The notes beneath the pieces were generated by a model, which worked only from the letters and a program-made list of their open reading frames with translations, was not told where the DNA came from and made no database searches. Of a DNA stretch of 64,000 nucleotides, positions 53,459-62,335 are shown piece by piece. A program made the position numbers and the translations under genes. The stretch comes from a virus. The stretch covers positions 27,379 through 91,378 of IMG/VR virus record IMGVR_UViG_3300037722_000380; one strand, 5' to 3'. Position 1 is the stretch's first letter; every line of letters begins with the position of its first letter.

Positions 53459-53811
53459 TTCGGGTCATCCTCCTGTGGCGGGGCGGCGAATGTGCGTAGC
53501 TTGTTGCGATACAAATTGCGCAACCCGTAATCGGGCACTGGCGCATCGTACTCGCCGAGATAATCGGTTAGGGCTTTCTTGAGTTCGGCAAATTCCGCCT
53601 CGGCGCATTCGGCCCGCTCGCGCCAGCATTCGATAAGGTTTCCCGCCACAACGGCATCATGCTTTAGCGTTGCGTTCGGAATATTCGCTTTTAGAATTGC
53701 AATTTCTGCCTCTCGCGTGACTAGCACCACACGCACAGACTTCAGATGCCGTTCTGCCACGTCGGCACGCTTCACTGCCGCCCGCAGCAGATCGTTCTTG
53801 AACACGGTCAT
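53455..53811 (-). CDS. Coiled-coil hypothetical protein
   Basis: Coupled ORF. Confidence 0.5.
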   Translation of the reverse strand: MTVFKNDLLRAAVKRADVAERHLKSVRVVLVTREAEIAILKANIPNATLKHDAVVAGNLIECWRERAECAEAEFAELKKALTDYLGEYDAPVPDYGLRNLYRNKLRTFAAPPQEDDPK

Positions 53812-53896
53812 GGCAGTATCTCTTTGAACAATAAATACAAACCGAGCACAATGGCTACGATAGTGCAGCCGCGCCCAATAAAATCCGCTGTCGTCA

Positions 53897-54193
53897 TTAT
53901 TTTATCTCTCCACGTTTGATTCGCCAGTTATCCCGAAGAGTGGACCGACCGAGGCCGTCCGTCGTTATGGTGCCCTGCCGCCGCCTCCATCGGTCTTTGA
54001 TCACAACTTCACCGTTCGGCCTACGCTCGATAGTGCCCTGGCTAATGCCGTGATTATCCCGGAACTTATAGACTTGATACGAACGGCGTTCCGCACCAAA
54101 GGCTTCTGTGCCGTAATAGATCATGGCTATCCACACAGCCCATACCGCCGCGACCAGCGCAAGAAATCCGGCTAAACGAAGGACCAACTTCAT
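53897..54193 (-). CDS. Membrane-anchored hypothetical protein
   Basis: N-terminal TM; two GTI-repeat units. Confidence 0.55.
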   Translation of the reverse strand: MKLVLRLAGFLALVAAVWAVWIAMIYYGTEAFGAERRSYQVYKFRDNHGISQGTIERRPNGEVVIKDRWRRRQGTITTDGLGRSTLRDNWRIKRGEIK

Positions 54194-54417
54194 ACTTCGG
54201 TATCCATTTTGTGCCCACGGTATTTAGATAGACGGCCCGTTATGGCTCCGTGACATCGAAGGGCTGATCGCCTGTAAGGGCTGATCGCTTGTAAGGACTG
54301 ATAGAAAGCAAGCTGTTCGTCTCCGATACACACCCGGCACTTGTCGGTACGGGGTCCAAACAGACTGAACCATGTACCACATTCTACACACTGAAGCAAG
54401 TCGAAAAAATCACTCAT
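54190..54417 (-). CDS. Small CxxC protein
   Basis: CVEC..CRVC; ATGA overlap; 3' half carries the 17-nt repeat pair. Confidence 0.4.
   Translation of the reverse strand: MSDFFDLLQCVECGTWFSLFGPRTDKCRVCIGDEQLAFYQSLQAISPYRRSALRCHGAITGRLSKYRGHKMDTEV
54262..54295. repeat. 17-nt tandem repeat GGCTGATCGC(C/T)TGTAAG
   Basis: Two adjacent copies; same core at 56435, 57275 and 59459. Confidence 0.7.
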
Positions 54418-54731
54418 TTTGAATCCATGGCGATCTGGCGTGCGGTATCTCGCAGTAACTTTTCCCACCGGTAAATTTCTCGCCCGGTTTCATTGAGGGT
54501 AAATGTCACCCGCGATATTCCGCTTTTGAATTTCTCTTCATGTCGGTCTACAAGGCCGCGCCGAGCGAGAGATTCAAACATCCGTTCCGTGTTGCTTGGC
54601 GTATCCCAATGCCAGCCGCACCCGCGAGTCCACTGTCCGGCCACAGAGCCCGGATACCGGTTCGCCTCGCGCTCATGTGCCACAAGGCAGCGCAGGACTT
54701 CATATTGAATACGGCCGAGCGGTTTAGACAT
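54414..54731 (-). CDS. Winged-helix-like hypothetical protein
   Basis: MFESLARRGLV..FTLNETGR. Confidence 0.5.
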   Translation of the reverse strand: MSKPLGRIQYEVLRCLVAHEREANRYPGSVAGQWTRGCGWHWDTPSNTERMFESLARRGLVDRHEEKFKSGISRVTFTLNETGREIYRWEKLLRDTARQIAMDSK

Positions 54732-54924
54732 CCCGAACCTCACCAATAGGTTGTACAGTCCATTCAAGAGGATTTCGAATGTGCCTACCGCCCCAGGTCT
54801 CCGCTTTTTCAGACGTGTCAAAGGGGCCGTAGAATATGAAACCATGGCTGAGTGTACCGACCGCGAGGATAAAACGATGCCGGTGAACTTCGTGGTCTTT
54901 CAACTCGCCATGTTCGCCGCTCAT
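54724..54924 (-). CDS. Hypothetical protein
   Basis: GFIFYGPFDTSEKAETW. Confidence 0.5.
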   Translation of the reverse strand: MSGEHGELKDHEVHRHRFILAVGTLSHGFIFYGPFDTSEKAETWGGRHIRNPLEWTVQPIGEVRDV

Positions 54925-55562
54925 ATCCCGCCCCCTACCGCGATTGCCAGCACTACCCCGACGAGAACTCCCAGGACAACTGCCGAAATCATGCAGAGGC
55001 AGAATTGCTGAACTAGCTGGCGTTGAGTGAATTCGCTGCGATAATGGTTCATGTCAGCCCGCCCGTCTTTCCACAGTGTTTACAAACTGTTGGACAATGC
55101 CCGTATCTGGGGCTAGAGCCAAAGCCCCAATCATGATAACCTATGCGGCACCACACATTGCGTTGCCGCCATGCCCAAAAATCGTCTAGAAAGCGTTCCA
55201 GCCCGCTCATATCCTGCCCCCTACCGTCCTTTCGGTTTCCATGATTCCCAATGTCCTGTTGCCAGCGCATAGACGCGGCTTATTTCATCCTGAGTCATTT
55301 CTTGTAATGTCGGTGTCACGGGACCGTCCGCCTCCAAACAACGGTGATCGACGGCTTCAATAATTTGCGCGATGCGCTGTAAGCGTTCGACTGGTTTCAG
55401 TATGGTGAACCTGCTCACGGCGCGTGCCGCTTCAAGAGGATCAAAAGCGATTCCGGAAACCGCCGCCACGCCTTCTTAATTTCGTCCATGTTCTCGGCCG
55501 TCTCGAAAAAGCCGTTACGGTAATACCAGTCGTGAATCTCGCGCCACACGTCTCGCATTTCA

Positions 55563-55919
55563 TCATCCTATGACGGTTTGAAACGGTTCGGCACTGATGA
55601 CACAATTCGGAAAATTTGTCAAGAAACCTTCCTTTTCGTCGGACGATTTGAAGAAGAGAAACACCACATTTCCGTCAGCCGAAAAGTCCCGCGATATCCA
55701 ACAATAATGCTGTTCCATGACCGTGTATTTTTGGCCCATGCAATTCTCTTTAGTGCTCGGGTATTCCGGATTGTTTTTATGCCAAGTGAGGAAGTCGGGA
55801 TGATGGAGCTTGGTCTTATCAATCTCGATTACAAAGCCGTAATCATCCATAGCCGATAGAATCCAACCGGTAACATCCTCAGATAGAGGGCCGTTGTAAA
55901 GAAGTTTCCGATTGCGCAT
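55563..55919 (-). CDS. Hypothetical protein
   Basis: Coupled ORF. Confidence 0.5.
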   Translation of the reverse strand: MRNRKLLYNGPLSEDVTGWILSAMDDYGFVIEIDKTKLHHPDFLTWHKNNPEYPSTKENCMGQKYTVMEQHYCWISRDFSADGNVVFLFFKSSDEKEGFLTNFPNCVISAEPFQTVIG

Positions 55920-56170
55920 TACCGCCCCCGCTTTTTAGAAGTCACGAATTCGACGGCTAGTGCTGCGTGAAAGTTGACAAAGCACGTCATCCCCGAATCA
56001 TCCTTAATCTCGATGAAACCGGAACCGTACCCAAGAACCTCAACTTCTCGATATTGAATATTCCCGTTGATATCGCGGATATTCACGGTGAACGGCTCTT
56101 CCGCATGGATAAACGATATGCCGTAAGCGGCGACTGCACCGGAAAAATCATATTCGGTTTTAGTTATCAT
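55919..56170 (-). CDS. Hypothetical protein
   Basis: AAGGAGTC RBS. Confidence 0.55.
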   Translation of the reverse strand: MITKTEYDFSGAVAAYGISFIHAEEPFTVNIRDINGNIQYREVEVLGYGSGFIEIKDDSGMTCFVNFHAALAVEFVTSKKRGR

Positions 56171-56181
56171 CGCCTGACTCC

Positions 56182-56424
56182 TTATCCGATCATGACCGCT
56201 TGAATGTCTGAAACACGAAGCACCATCCGCGTGCCCGATGAAAGCTCCACACGTACTTCTGCCTCGGTAGAGCCGGTAACGGGGTTTTTCCTAACAAGCT
56301 CGGCAAATAAGTCCGCCGCTTCTTTTACGGCATCTTCCCGAGCCACTCCCAAACTAACATCCAGCGTAACCGTTATCGGTTCGTCGCGATGCCGAAGATA
56401 GACCTTGATATCGAACTTACTCAT
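56182..56424 (-). CDS. Hypothetical protein
   Basis: AGGAG RBS overlapped by 17-nt repeat pair. Confidence 0.55.
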   Translation of the reverse strand: MSKFDIKVYLRHRDEPITVTLDVSLGVAREDAVKEAADLFAELVRKNPVTGSTEAEVRVELSSGTRMVLRVSDIQAVMIG

Positions 56425-56434
56425 TGCCAAACTC

Positions 56435-56466
56435 CTGATTGCCTGTAAGTGCTGATCGCCTGTACG
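56435..56466. repeat. 17-nt-period repeat pair over RBS
   Basis: CTGATTGCCTGTAAG-tg-CTGATCGCCTGTACG. Confidence 0.7.
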
Positions 56467-56727
56467 AAATGGAAGCCTTATCGGGCCGTTTCGGCTTCCA
56501 CTAGGTCATGGGGGCCTGTCAATATACCCGTCCCCTGTAGTCTTTCAATATCCTGTCTCTCCGTTTTAACTGGATTGCGCGCACGCGCTGCGAACTACAT
56601 AGCATCCTCCACTGTACACGTTTAACACGGCTCCGAGGTCGAGTTACCCCAGGCGGAAGTCCAAACATGGCTGGTTCCCTCACCAGCCCCGCGCCCGGAC
56701 CGCTTTACACGTTTAACGTTCCCCGCC

Positions 56728-56757
56728 AATCTAGCACGCTTTGCCGCCGCCGTCAAG
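56728..56757 (-). promoter_or_regulatory. GGCAA-type promoter
   Basis: CTTGACG-gcggc-GGCAA-agcgtgc-TAGATT. Confidence 0.65.
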
Positions 56758-56763
56758 ACTTTT

Positions 56764-57264
56764 TTACCCCCGAATGTAGTAGGTCACCCCATCAAAGTCC
56801 ACTTCGAAATAGTCATTCAGCAACTCAGCCGTCGCCGCTTCCCAATCAATGTGATTGTTAGGCCAACGCGCATTCGAGCCAATGTCTCCAATATCCGCAG
56901 CAAGCTCACGCGCATATTCCTCGAAGTAGGACTCGCGGATAAGCGTTTCGCCATGTGTCCAGTCGGGCGAACTCTCGCCTTCATCGGCCAATTCTTGGAG
57001 TATCCGCAATTCATCGACTTCATCATCTTGAAGCCACGCGTCCAACTCGGCGCGAGCTTGGGATAACGCGGCTTCCGCCTCGCGCACGTCATCTTCCCCT
57101 ATTTCATCGTCATTGTCATAGTCTGCGAGCCGGTTTTTCGCATCATCAATGGCTTGTTGCAAGTCATCGCGAAAGCCTTCCAATTCCTCGATGCGCTTAA
57201 TGACATCCCGCGAGTCGATAAGGTCGTCCGAATTCGATGGAGCGTTGCGATTAGTGCCGACCAT
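56764..57264 (-). CDS. ArdA-like acidic antirestriction / DNA-mimic protein
   Basis: 166 aa, about 47 D/E vs 14 K/R; C-term FEEYARELAAD..HIDWEAATAELLNDYFEVDFDGVTYYIR. Confidence 0.65.
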   Translation of the reverse strand: MVGTNRNAPSNSDDLIDSRDVIKRIEELEGFRDDLQQAIDDAKNRLADYDNDDEIGEDDVREAEAALSQARAELDAWLQDDEVDELRILQELADEGESSPDWTHGETLIRESYFEEYARELAADIGDIGSNARWPNNHIDWEAATAELLNDYFEVDFDGVTYYIRG

Positions 57265-57274
57265 GTTCAAACTC

Positions 57275-57306
57275 CTGATTGCATGTAAGGGGTGATCGTC
57301 TGTACG
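57275..57306. repeat. 17-nt-period repeat pair over RBS
   Basis: CTGATTGCATGTAAG-gg-GTGATCGTCTGTACG. Confidence 0.7.
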
Positions 57307-57308
57307 GG

Positions 57309-57584
57309 TTAGCCTTGGTCCCAATCCCATGAGTCGAGCACGTCGCCCCCGGCGATTTCACCCGCCTCGTAACGCTCTACAGCCTCTTCACGAAGCGATT
57401 CGGCAGTCCGTTCGCGCATATCCTCTAAGCACCGGTCCCGTTGCATATTCTTTGCATCGTCCGGCGAAAGCTCAACATCGTCCGGCGCAACATAGTTCCC
57501 GGTATGATACGGTGTGAGAAGGTCAGCTAAGCCGTGCTGACTCAACTCGCCGATCATGGCATAAATCTTGGCATCCGTGCGCAT
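57309..57584 (-). CDS. Acidic hypothetical protein
   Basis: 91 aa ORF. Confidence 0.5.
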   Translation of the reverse strand: MRTDAKIYAMIGELSQHGLADLLTPYHTGNYVAPDDVELSPDDAKNMQRDRCLEDMRERTAESLREEAVERYEAGEIAGGDVLDSWDWDQG

Positions 57585-57587
57585 GGT

Positions 57588-58049
57588 TCAGTCCCTTTTT
57601 CCCGTTTGTGCGTTGACACGCTCCCCGGTCACGTCGTCAATCCAATAATTGTCCGGGTCTTTTGGGTCCGGGTGTCCCGACCATCCCGGAAAACAATCTA
57701 GCAAATCACAATCCGGCCCGTCAATGTAATAATCTCCCCGCTCGACGCCCACCGGATCACCTTGCGCGAGGAATTCAACGTAGCTCTCAGCACCCGCAAG
57801 CGTTGGGAACCAGCCGCGCGGACCCGGCTCGCCTTCCTTTCCGACTGCATAACCATAATGTGTTCCCAAATCGGCGAACGCGTCATTATCGGTTACATCG
57901 GTCCATGTACCGGGAATAGGCGCATCGGAATTGGCCGGGTCAATCTGCGCCTCAATTCGAGCACGCATTTCCGGCGTGTATTCCGATTCCAAAAGGACCG
58001 TTTCGGCGCACGCCGTCCCTTGTGCCGATACCAGAGCGAACTTTTTCAT
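57588..58049 (-). CDS. Acidic hypothetical protein
   Basis: GAGGA RBS. Confidence 0.55.
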   Translation of the reverse strand: MKKFALVSAQGTACAETVLLESEYTPEMRARIEAQIDPANSDAPIPGTWTDVTDNDAFADLGTHYGYAVGKEGEPGPRGWFPTLAGAESYVEFLAQGDPVGVERGDYYIDGPDCDLLDCFPGWSGHPDPKDPDNYWIDDVTGERVNAQTGKRD

Positions 58050-58061
58050 GACTTGATCCTC

Positions 58062-58364
58062 CTATGCCGCAATACGATCCGGCCAAAGCGCGCACATGAG
58101 TCGCGGAGTCATATCTACAGTCCATGACGTACCGCAAAGGGTCTGATCTTCACGCGGATCGCAATCATGCGGATTAAGCGGCACAAGTGCAAGCAACCGG
58201 CGACGGAACATTGGCGCAACTTCTTTACGAGTTAGCCAACTGTCAATCACGTCACTAGCCGCGTCTTTCAAACGTTCACCCCGAATGTCATAGCGGCGAA
58301 TGTACTCGTCAATCTCACAAAGGACGGGACACCACAATGCGGGGATACGCGGTTTCTTTGCCAT
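58062..58364 (-). CDS. Hypothetical protein
   Basis: Start re-set to MAKKPR with GGAG RBS. Confidence 0.5.
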   Translation of the reverse strand: MAKKPRIPALWCPVLCEIDEYIRRYDIRGERLKDAASDVIDSWLTRKEVAPMFRRRLLALVPLNPHDCDPREDQTLCGTSWTVDMTPRLMCALWPDRIAA

Positions 58365-58404
58365 AATTCGATTCTCCATTTCCGTCCAATGGCTATCCAA
58401 GTTG

Positions 58405-58626
58405 CTATGGCCGAAAATCTTCGAATTCGGCATAAAAGTCCAACTCAGAAAGCCAAGCATCCCCTTCCCATCCGTCGCAAGCCCGAATCCGAAACATCGG
58501 TTCGCCCTCAAAGTCATACTGATGTTTCGGTACGAGGCAAAGAATCTCAACAATCTGGCCCCCGTGAGCGGTATGGTCGGGTAGCGATGTAAACTCCGGT
58601 GGATAGTTGAACCGTGCGGTAACCAT
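58405..58626 (-). CDS. Hypothetical protein
   Basis: FNYPPEF..GEPMFRIRACDGWEGDAWLSEL. Confidence 0.5.
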   Translation of the reverse strand: MVTARFNYPPEFTSLPDHTAHGGQIVEILCLVPKHQYDFEGEPMFRIRACDGWEGDAWLSELDFYAEFEDFRP

Positions 58627-58637
58627 GACACTCCCCC

Positions 58638-59375
58638 CTATGCCGCGTAGCCGAGACACGCGCGGATGTAGCGCCGCACGCGGCTAGTCACGGTACGCCG
58701 GTTCCGGCCCGCATTGAAATCGCGAATATAGTATGCAATTCCGATGTCGGTAGCCCCTGCCATACGAAAGGCATGATAGATGAAGGTTCCAAAGATGTAA
58801 GGCTCGCCGCTGTCCGGGTCCGAAAGCCAATTCATGACGTAGTGCGCGGCGTACTTACCGTTTTCGCGGTCCGGCCAAACAAAGGGATCGCCCGCCGTGT
58901 CGGTCGGAATGCCGTCACGCTTCAAGATTTTCAGGTAGCGGTCAACAAGCGGTCGAACCGTCTCATAGGAGGGAACATCCCCGTCAAACCCCCGGCAAAT
59001 ATCCCCCTTTAGAATCCCCCCTTGGATTTTGACGAGTCGATTTTTGAATTCGAAATCCCCGGATTCGTCATGAAAGTAAAGCGCGCCCTTATGCGTATGG
59101 ACGGACGCACCGTAGGGCCGAAGCGCGTCATTCATCCGGTCGCGCGTCGTGCCGGTGTTCCATCCGCCCGTATCAAGTATGATATCGCCGTTCGAATTGC
59201 GCCGGAAAATGTCTGTCCGGTGAAGGCGAACAACCGTTGCGCCATCCTCGGTTGTATATTGAACCGTGTTGCGCGCAATCAGTTTGGACGAAACGATTCC
59301 CTTCACGCCGTCGAGAACTTGACTCTTGTTCTTTCGCGGCGTGTAGTGCGGCGCATCGCCGAAATAACCTGCCAT
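58638..59375 (-). CDS. Conserved phage hypothetical protein
   Basis: VVRLHRTDI..ILDTGGWNTGTTRDRMN; AAGGA RBS. Confidence 0.6.
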   Translation of the reverse strand: MAGYFGDAPHYTPRKNKSQVLDGVKGIVSSKLIARNTVQYTTEDGATVVRLHRTDIFRRNSNGDIILDTGGWNTGTTRDRMNDALRPYGASVHTHKGALYFHDESGDFEFKNRLVKIQGGILKGDICRGFDGDVPSYETVRPLVDRYLKILKRDGIPTDTAGDPFVWPDRENGKYAAHYVMNWLSDPDSGEPYIFGTFIYHAFRMAGATDIGIAYYIRDFNAGRNRRTVTSRVRRYIRACLGYAA

Positions 59376-59417
59376 GATACGTTCCTTTCGCTTCTCGCTT
59401 TGAACGTCGTGAGCCCG

Positions 59418-59447
59418 AACCTAAAACAAGTCGCGCAACGTGTCAAG
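59418..59447 (-). promoter_or_regulatory. Sigma70-type early promoter
   Basis: CTTGACA-N17-TAGGTT with A/T UP tract; three TGATCG-TGTAAG repeats upstream. Confidence 0.6.
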
Positions 59448-59458
59448 AAAAATTTTTG

Positions 59459-59533
59459 GTGATCGACTGTAAGTATTTTTTTGATTTTGGGTGATCGCAT
59501 GTAAGCGAAAATTTTGGGTGATCGCATGTAAGC
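59459..59533. repeat. Three GTGATCG(C/A)NTGTAAG repeats
   Basis: Copies at 59459, 59491, 59519. Confidence 0.7.
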
Positions 59534-59569
59534 ATTTCGGTTAATACGCAGCTTTTTCCCCGTCTTTAT

Positions 59570-59710
59570 CTCGATTACTATCTATTCAGGTTAACGTATT
59601 GCATTTTACGCGTTAGCAATTCGTTAAGGTTAACGGTTCTTAACCATGTTCCGAATCCCGCGCATTTTAGCTTTTTACCATTCATTCAGGTTAACGCGCC
59701 TTAACCGTGT
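59570..59710. promoter_or_regulatory. Cluster of GGTTAAC/TTAACC half-sites (CtrA-like)
   Basis: ATTCAGGTTAACG x2, GGTTAACGGTTCTTAACCAT, GGTTAACGCGCCTTAACC. Confidence 0.5.
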
Positions 59711-59845
59711 TCCGGTTCCATAAAATATCTATCAAATCATACAATGCCCAATGTAACCATAGCGGCGTATATCGCCAATCTATAACTAGATAAAGAATAT
59801 GTAAAATCCAAGATTTCATGTCCGCTTTCCTGTCCGCTTGCGAGC

Positions 59846-60163
59846 CTAGCGCCAAAACCGCGCCTTGGGATAGAAGCGGCGGATTTGCCCCTTAGCGATT
59901 TCCCTGTCCCGCGCCCATATCACGCCGTCAATGCGTCCGCAATCCGCCGCGTACCAATAGAGCGGCCCGCCTATACCGAAGTATGTTCCCTGAGAATCGT
60001 ATCCGCCCGAGTCGATACGCACGCGGCGCAACGTCAAGCGGCCCGCGAAGTCTGTGTCCGCGCCGTGATAGCTATGTCGCCCAAATGGTGCGCCGCGTCG
60101 CCAATCGCCCATATAGCCTTGCGGCGCACGCGTCTTATAGCTCGGTCGCGTTCCGTCCGCCAT
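59846..60163 (-). CDS. Conserved phage hypothetical protein
   Basis: GAPFGR..LRRVRIDSGGYDSQGTYFGIGGPLYW. Confidence 0.65.
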   Translation of the reverse strand: MADGTRPSYKTRAPQGYMGDWRRGAPFGRHSYHGADTDFAGRLTLRRVRIDSGGYDSQGTYFGIGGPLYWYAADCGRIDGVIWARDREIAKGQIRRFYPKARFWR

Positions 60164-60191
60164 GATTCCGACTCCTCAATTTTCAAACGAC

Positions 60192-60221
60192 CTTAGCTCA
60201 AATTTTCGGTTAATGTCAATT
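60192..60221 (-). promoter_or_regulatory. Sigma70-type early promoter
   Basis: TTGACA-N18-TAAGGT. Confidence 0.5.
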
Positions 60222-60243
60222 CAATTTCTCGCGGTTACTATCC

Positions 60244-60402
60244 ATTAAGGTTAACAAACTTTGAGCAAAAATTAACCGTTAATCCAAGTTAAGGTTAACA
60301 AATTTCGAGCAAAAATTAACCATTAGCGCCCATTAAGGTTAACAAATTTTGAGCGAAAATTAACCATTAGCGCCCATTAAGACTTATTAACAGCCATTAA
60401 CC
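60244..60402. repeat. Three ~44-bp AT-rich tandem repeats with TTAAC half-sites
   Basis: TTAAGGTTAACAAAYTTYGAGCRAAAATTAACCRTTA at ~60245, 60289, 60333; then TTAA at 60377, 60387, 60397. Confidence 0.8.
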
Positions 60403-60570
60403 TTCCTCAATCTCAAATGGGGATACCCATGATTCCGCGCCAGTATCCGAATCTCGGATTAGGCTTAGGTTGCCGTTGCGCTCGATTTCCTCGCCTTCCC
60501 TAGGTAAGGCGCTACCCTCGCACCAATACCATACGGGGCGGGGAAGGCGACGGCGGGCCGGTCTAGCCAT
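60397..60570 (-). CDS. Small hypothetical protein (57 aa, not in ORF track)
   Basis: Hand translation MARPARRRLPRPVWYWCEG.. Confidence 0.4.
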   Translation of the reverse strand: MARPARRRLPRPVWYWCEGSALPREGEEIERNGNLSLIRDSDTGAESWVSPFEIEEG

Positions 60571-60764
60571 GGCGTGGTTCCCCGCGATTTAGCGCGCCCG
60601 CGATCATCCCCGCCGTATGCCTTGAAAAGCAATAAGCGAGGATATGCGGCGGAGTATGGGCATTATCTGCTACGTAGAAAGGCGGACTTGGTAGGTGCGA
60701 AAAAGAGTGTAACGCGGACGATGATTCCTCTACCGTATAGCGAACATGTTGCGGCGCGATTTGC

Positions 60765-60956
60765 TTAGCCATTGTCCAATTCCTCATAACGTTGAATTCG
60801 CTCAATCGACCATCCCGCCAAGTCCGCGAGAACGTTCCGCGCGTCCGCTTTGGACATTCCGCCCATAACGGCCGCGCCCATATCCGACATTCGCAAGGTA
60901 CTCTTGGCGATTCGGATTCTGTGTCCGTCGAAAGGTTCGCCTTGCCGCTTAGCCAT
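60765..60956 (-). CDS. Small early protein
   Basis: GGGAGTC RBS. Confidence 0.55.
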   Translation of the reverse strand: MAKRQGEPFDGHRIRIAKSTLRMSDMGAAVMGGMSKADARNVLADLAGWSIERIQRYEELDNG

Positions 60957-60970
60957 TGTCCGACTCCCTG

Positions 60971-61606
60971 CTAGGCTCTTGCGCCGGACTCTTCGAACTC
61001 ATATTCGTTCGCGCGAATGGACTCGTCAACCGATTCGTCCGAATTGAGATATTCATATTCGGATTCCAGGCGACGATAAATCCAATGCATAAACTCGCGC
61101 AACGTTTGGGCGATAGCGTCCGCCGCGTCCGCGTAAGCGAGATAGCCGTTCGCCCCGTCAACGGCAATTTGCGTGCAGAATTCATGGCAGTAGTGGCCGC
61201 TATGCTTGACTCGCGCTTCAAGCTTGTAGAAATGCGGCCGTTGAATGTCGCGCAAGGCTTCCGCAATTCGATGGAGTCGTGTATCATCCGGCGCATAATC
61301 GCGGACGGATTTGACGGAACCTTTCTTGTAGCTATAAGTTCCCTCAAAGCAAGCCCCGTCACCCTGCGAATAGAAACCGCTAAACATTATAGACGGTTTC
61401 ATGCGACTCGTGCCGTCAATAAGCTTGACGGGAGTCTGTCGCAAATCAATTCCCAAAAGGTCCGCGATAGTCGCCACGTCGTCGAAAACGAATTCGTACC
61501 ATTCATAATCGAGATTGCCTTGACGGAACCAATCTCGCGCGGCTTCCTTCGCCGAGTCCGACAATTCGTCGAATTGATAGACCGTGGTTTCCTGAACCCT
61601 AGGCAT
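60971..61606 (-). CDS. Conserved early phage protein (YQFDELSD..FSGFYSQGDGA family)
   Basis: Start re-set to MPRVQE with AGGAGTC RBS. Confidence 0.65.
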   Translation of the reverse strand: MPRVQETTVYQFDELSDSAKEAARDWFRQGNLDYEWYEFVFDDVATIADLLGIDLRQTPVKLIDGTSRMKPSIMFSGFYSQGDGACFEGTYSYKKGSVKSVRDYAPDDTRLHRIAEALRDIQRPHFYKLEARVKHSGHYCHEFCTQIAVDGANGYLAYADAADAIAQTLREFMHWIYRRLESEYEYLNSDESVDESIRANEYEFEESGARA

Positions 61607-61943
61607 TTTCCGACTCCTCAATTTCAAGCATGGTCGAATCGTCAAGCTTGCCGTATTCCAGATAATAAACGCAATCGTCGCATATGTCCAAATGAATTAT
61701 GCGACCGTCAAGCCATGCGTGCGCCGGGGAACGGTTCCCGCCTTCCGGCCGAGCGCAGCATTCGCATCGACTCCAGGAAAAGAAAGGCTCGCCCGCAATC
61801 TCATACTCCGGGCAATCCATATCGGGATGATCCGCGAGTCCGCAATCCTCGCATCCGGGACAGGGACCGCTTGACGGATAATCGAGTCCCGCCATACCGT
61901 TCCGGAACGCGGCGACATACTCGTTATATTCCTCGCGCGTCAT
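61599..61943 (-). CDS. Cys-rich early protein
   Basis: CPGCEDC, CECC, CDDC; GGGAGTC RBS. Confidence 0.6.
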   Translation of the reverse strand: MTREEYNEYVAAFRNGMAGLDYPSSGPCPGCEDCGLADHPDMDCPEYEIAGEPFFSWSRCECCARPEGGNRSPAHAWLDGRIIHLDICDDCVYYLEYGKLDDSTMLEIEESENA

Positions 61944-61954
61944 AGTCCGACTCC

Positions 61955-62320
61955 CTACATAACTTGAACGTGACCATCGTCGTCTAGATACAGGATAGCT
62001 TCGCCGAATGCGTGCGCCGCTTCCGTAAGCTTGTCGCCTGTCTCGCCGAGTCCACGGTCCCAAAATCCCGCGCCATGCCGATTCCGAGTTAGCCAAAAAT
62101 CGTGCCCGGCTTGCGAATCCTCAATCTCATAACCTAGCAACGATTCGTTAGCGTCATAGAACGAGTCACAATCCGCCCGCATTTTCGCCAGGGACTCGAA
62201 AGCTATCCGGTAGCTAGGCAAATCGTATATATGAGGGTCCGGACCATCCGGCCCCAGGACGCCGCACCATAGCGCGCAGTCAACATATCCTTCGAAAAAC
62301 GCTTTGGGACACTGACTCAT
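61955..62320 (-). CDS. Conserved early phage protein (GHDFWLTRN..GAGFWDR family)
   Basis: Motif GHDFWLTRNRHGAGFWDRG; GGGAGTC RBS. Confidence 0.7.
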   Translation of the reverse strand: MSQCPKAFFEGYVDCALWCGVLGPDGPDPHIYDLPSYRIAFESLAKMRADCDSFYDANESLLGYEIEDSQAGHDFWLTRNRHGAGFWDRGLGETGDKLTEAAHAFGEAILYLDDDGHVQVM

Positions 62321-62335
62321 AGCCTGACTCCCTAG

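Noticed and set aside
59570-60402. Canonical full CtrA boxes (TTAA-N7-TTAA) or a CRISPR array in the 44-bp repeats
   Set aside because: Paired TTAA are N2, N3 or N6; the repeats are contiguous without unique spacers
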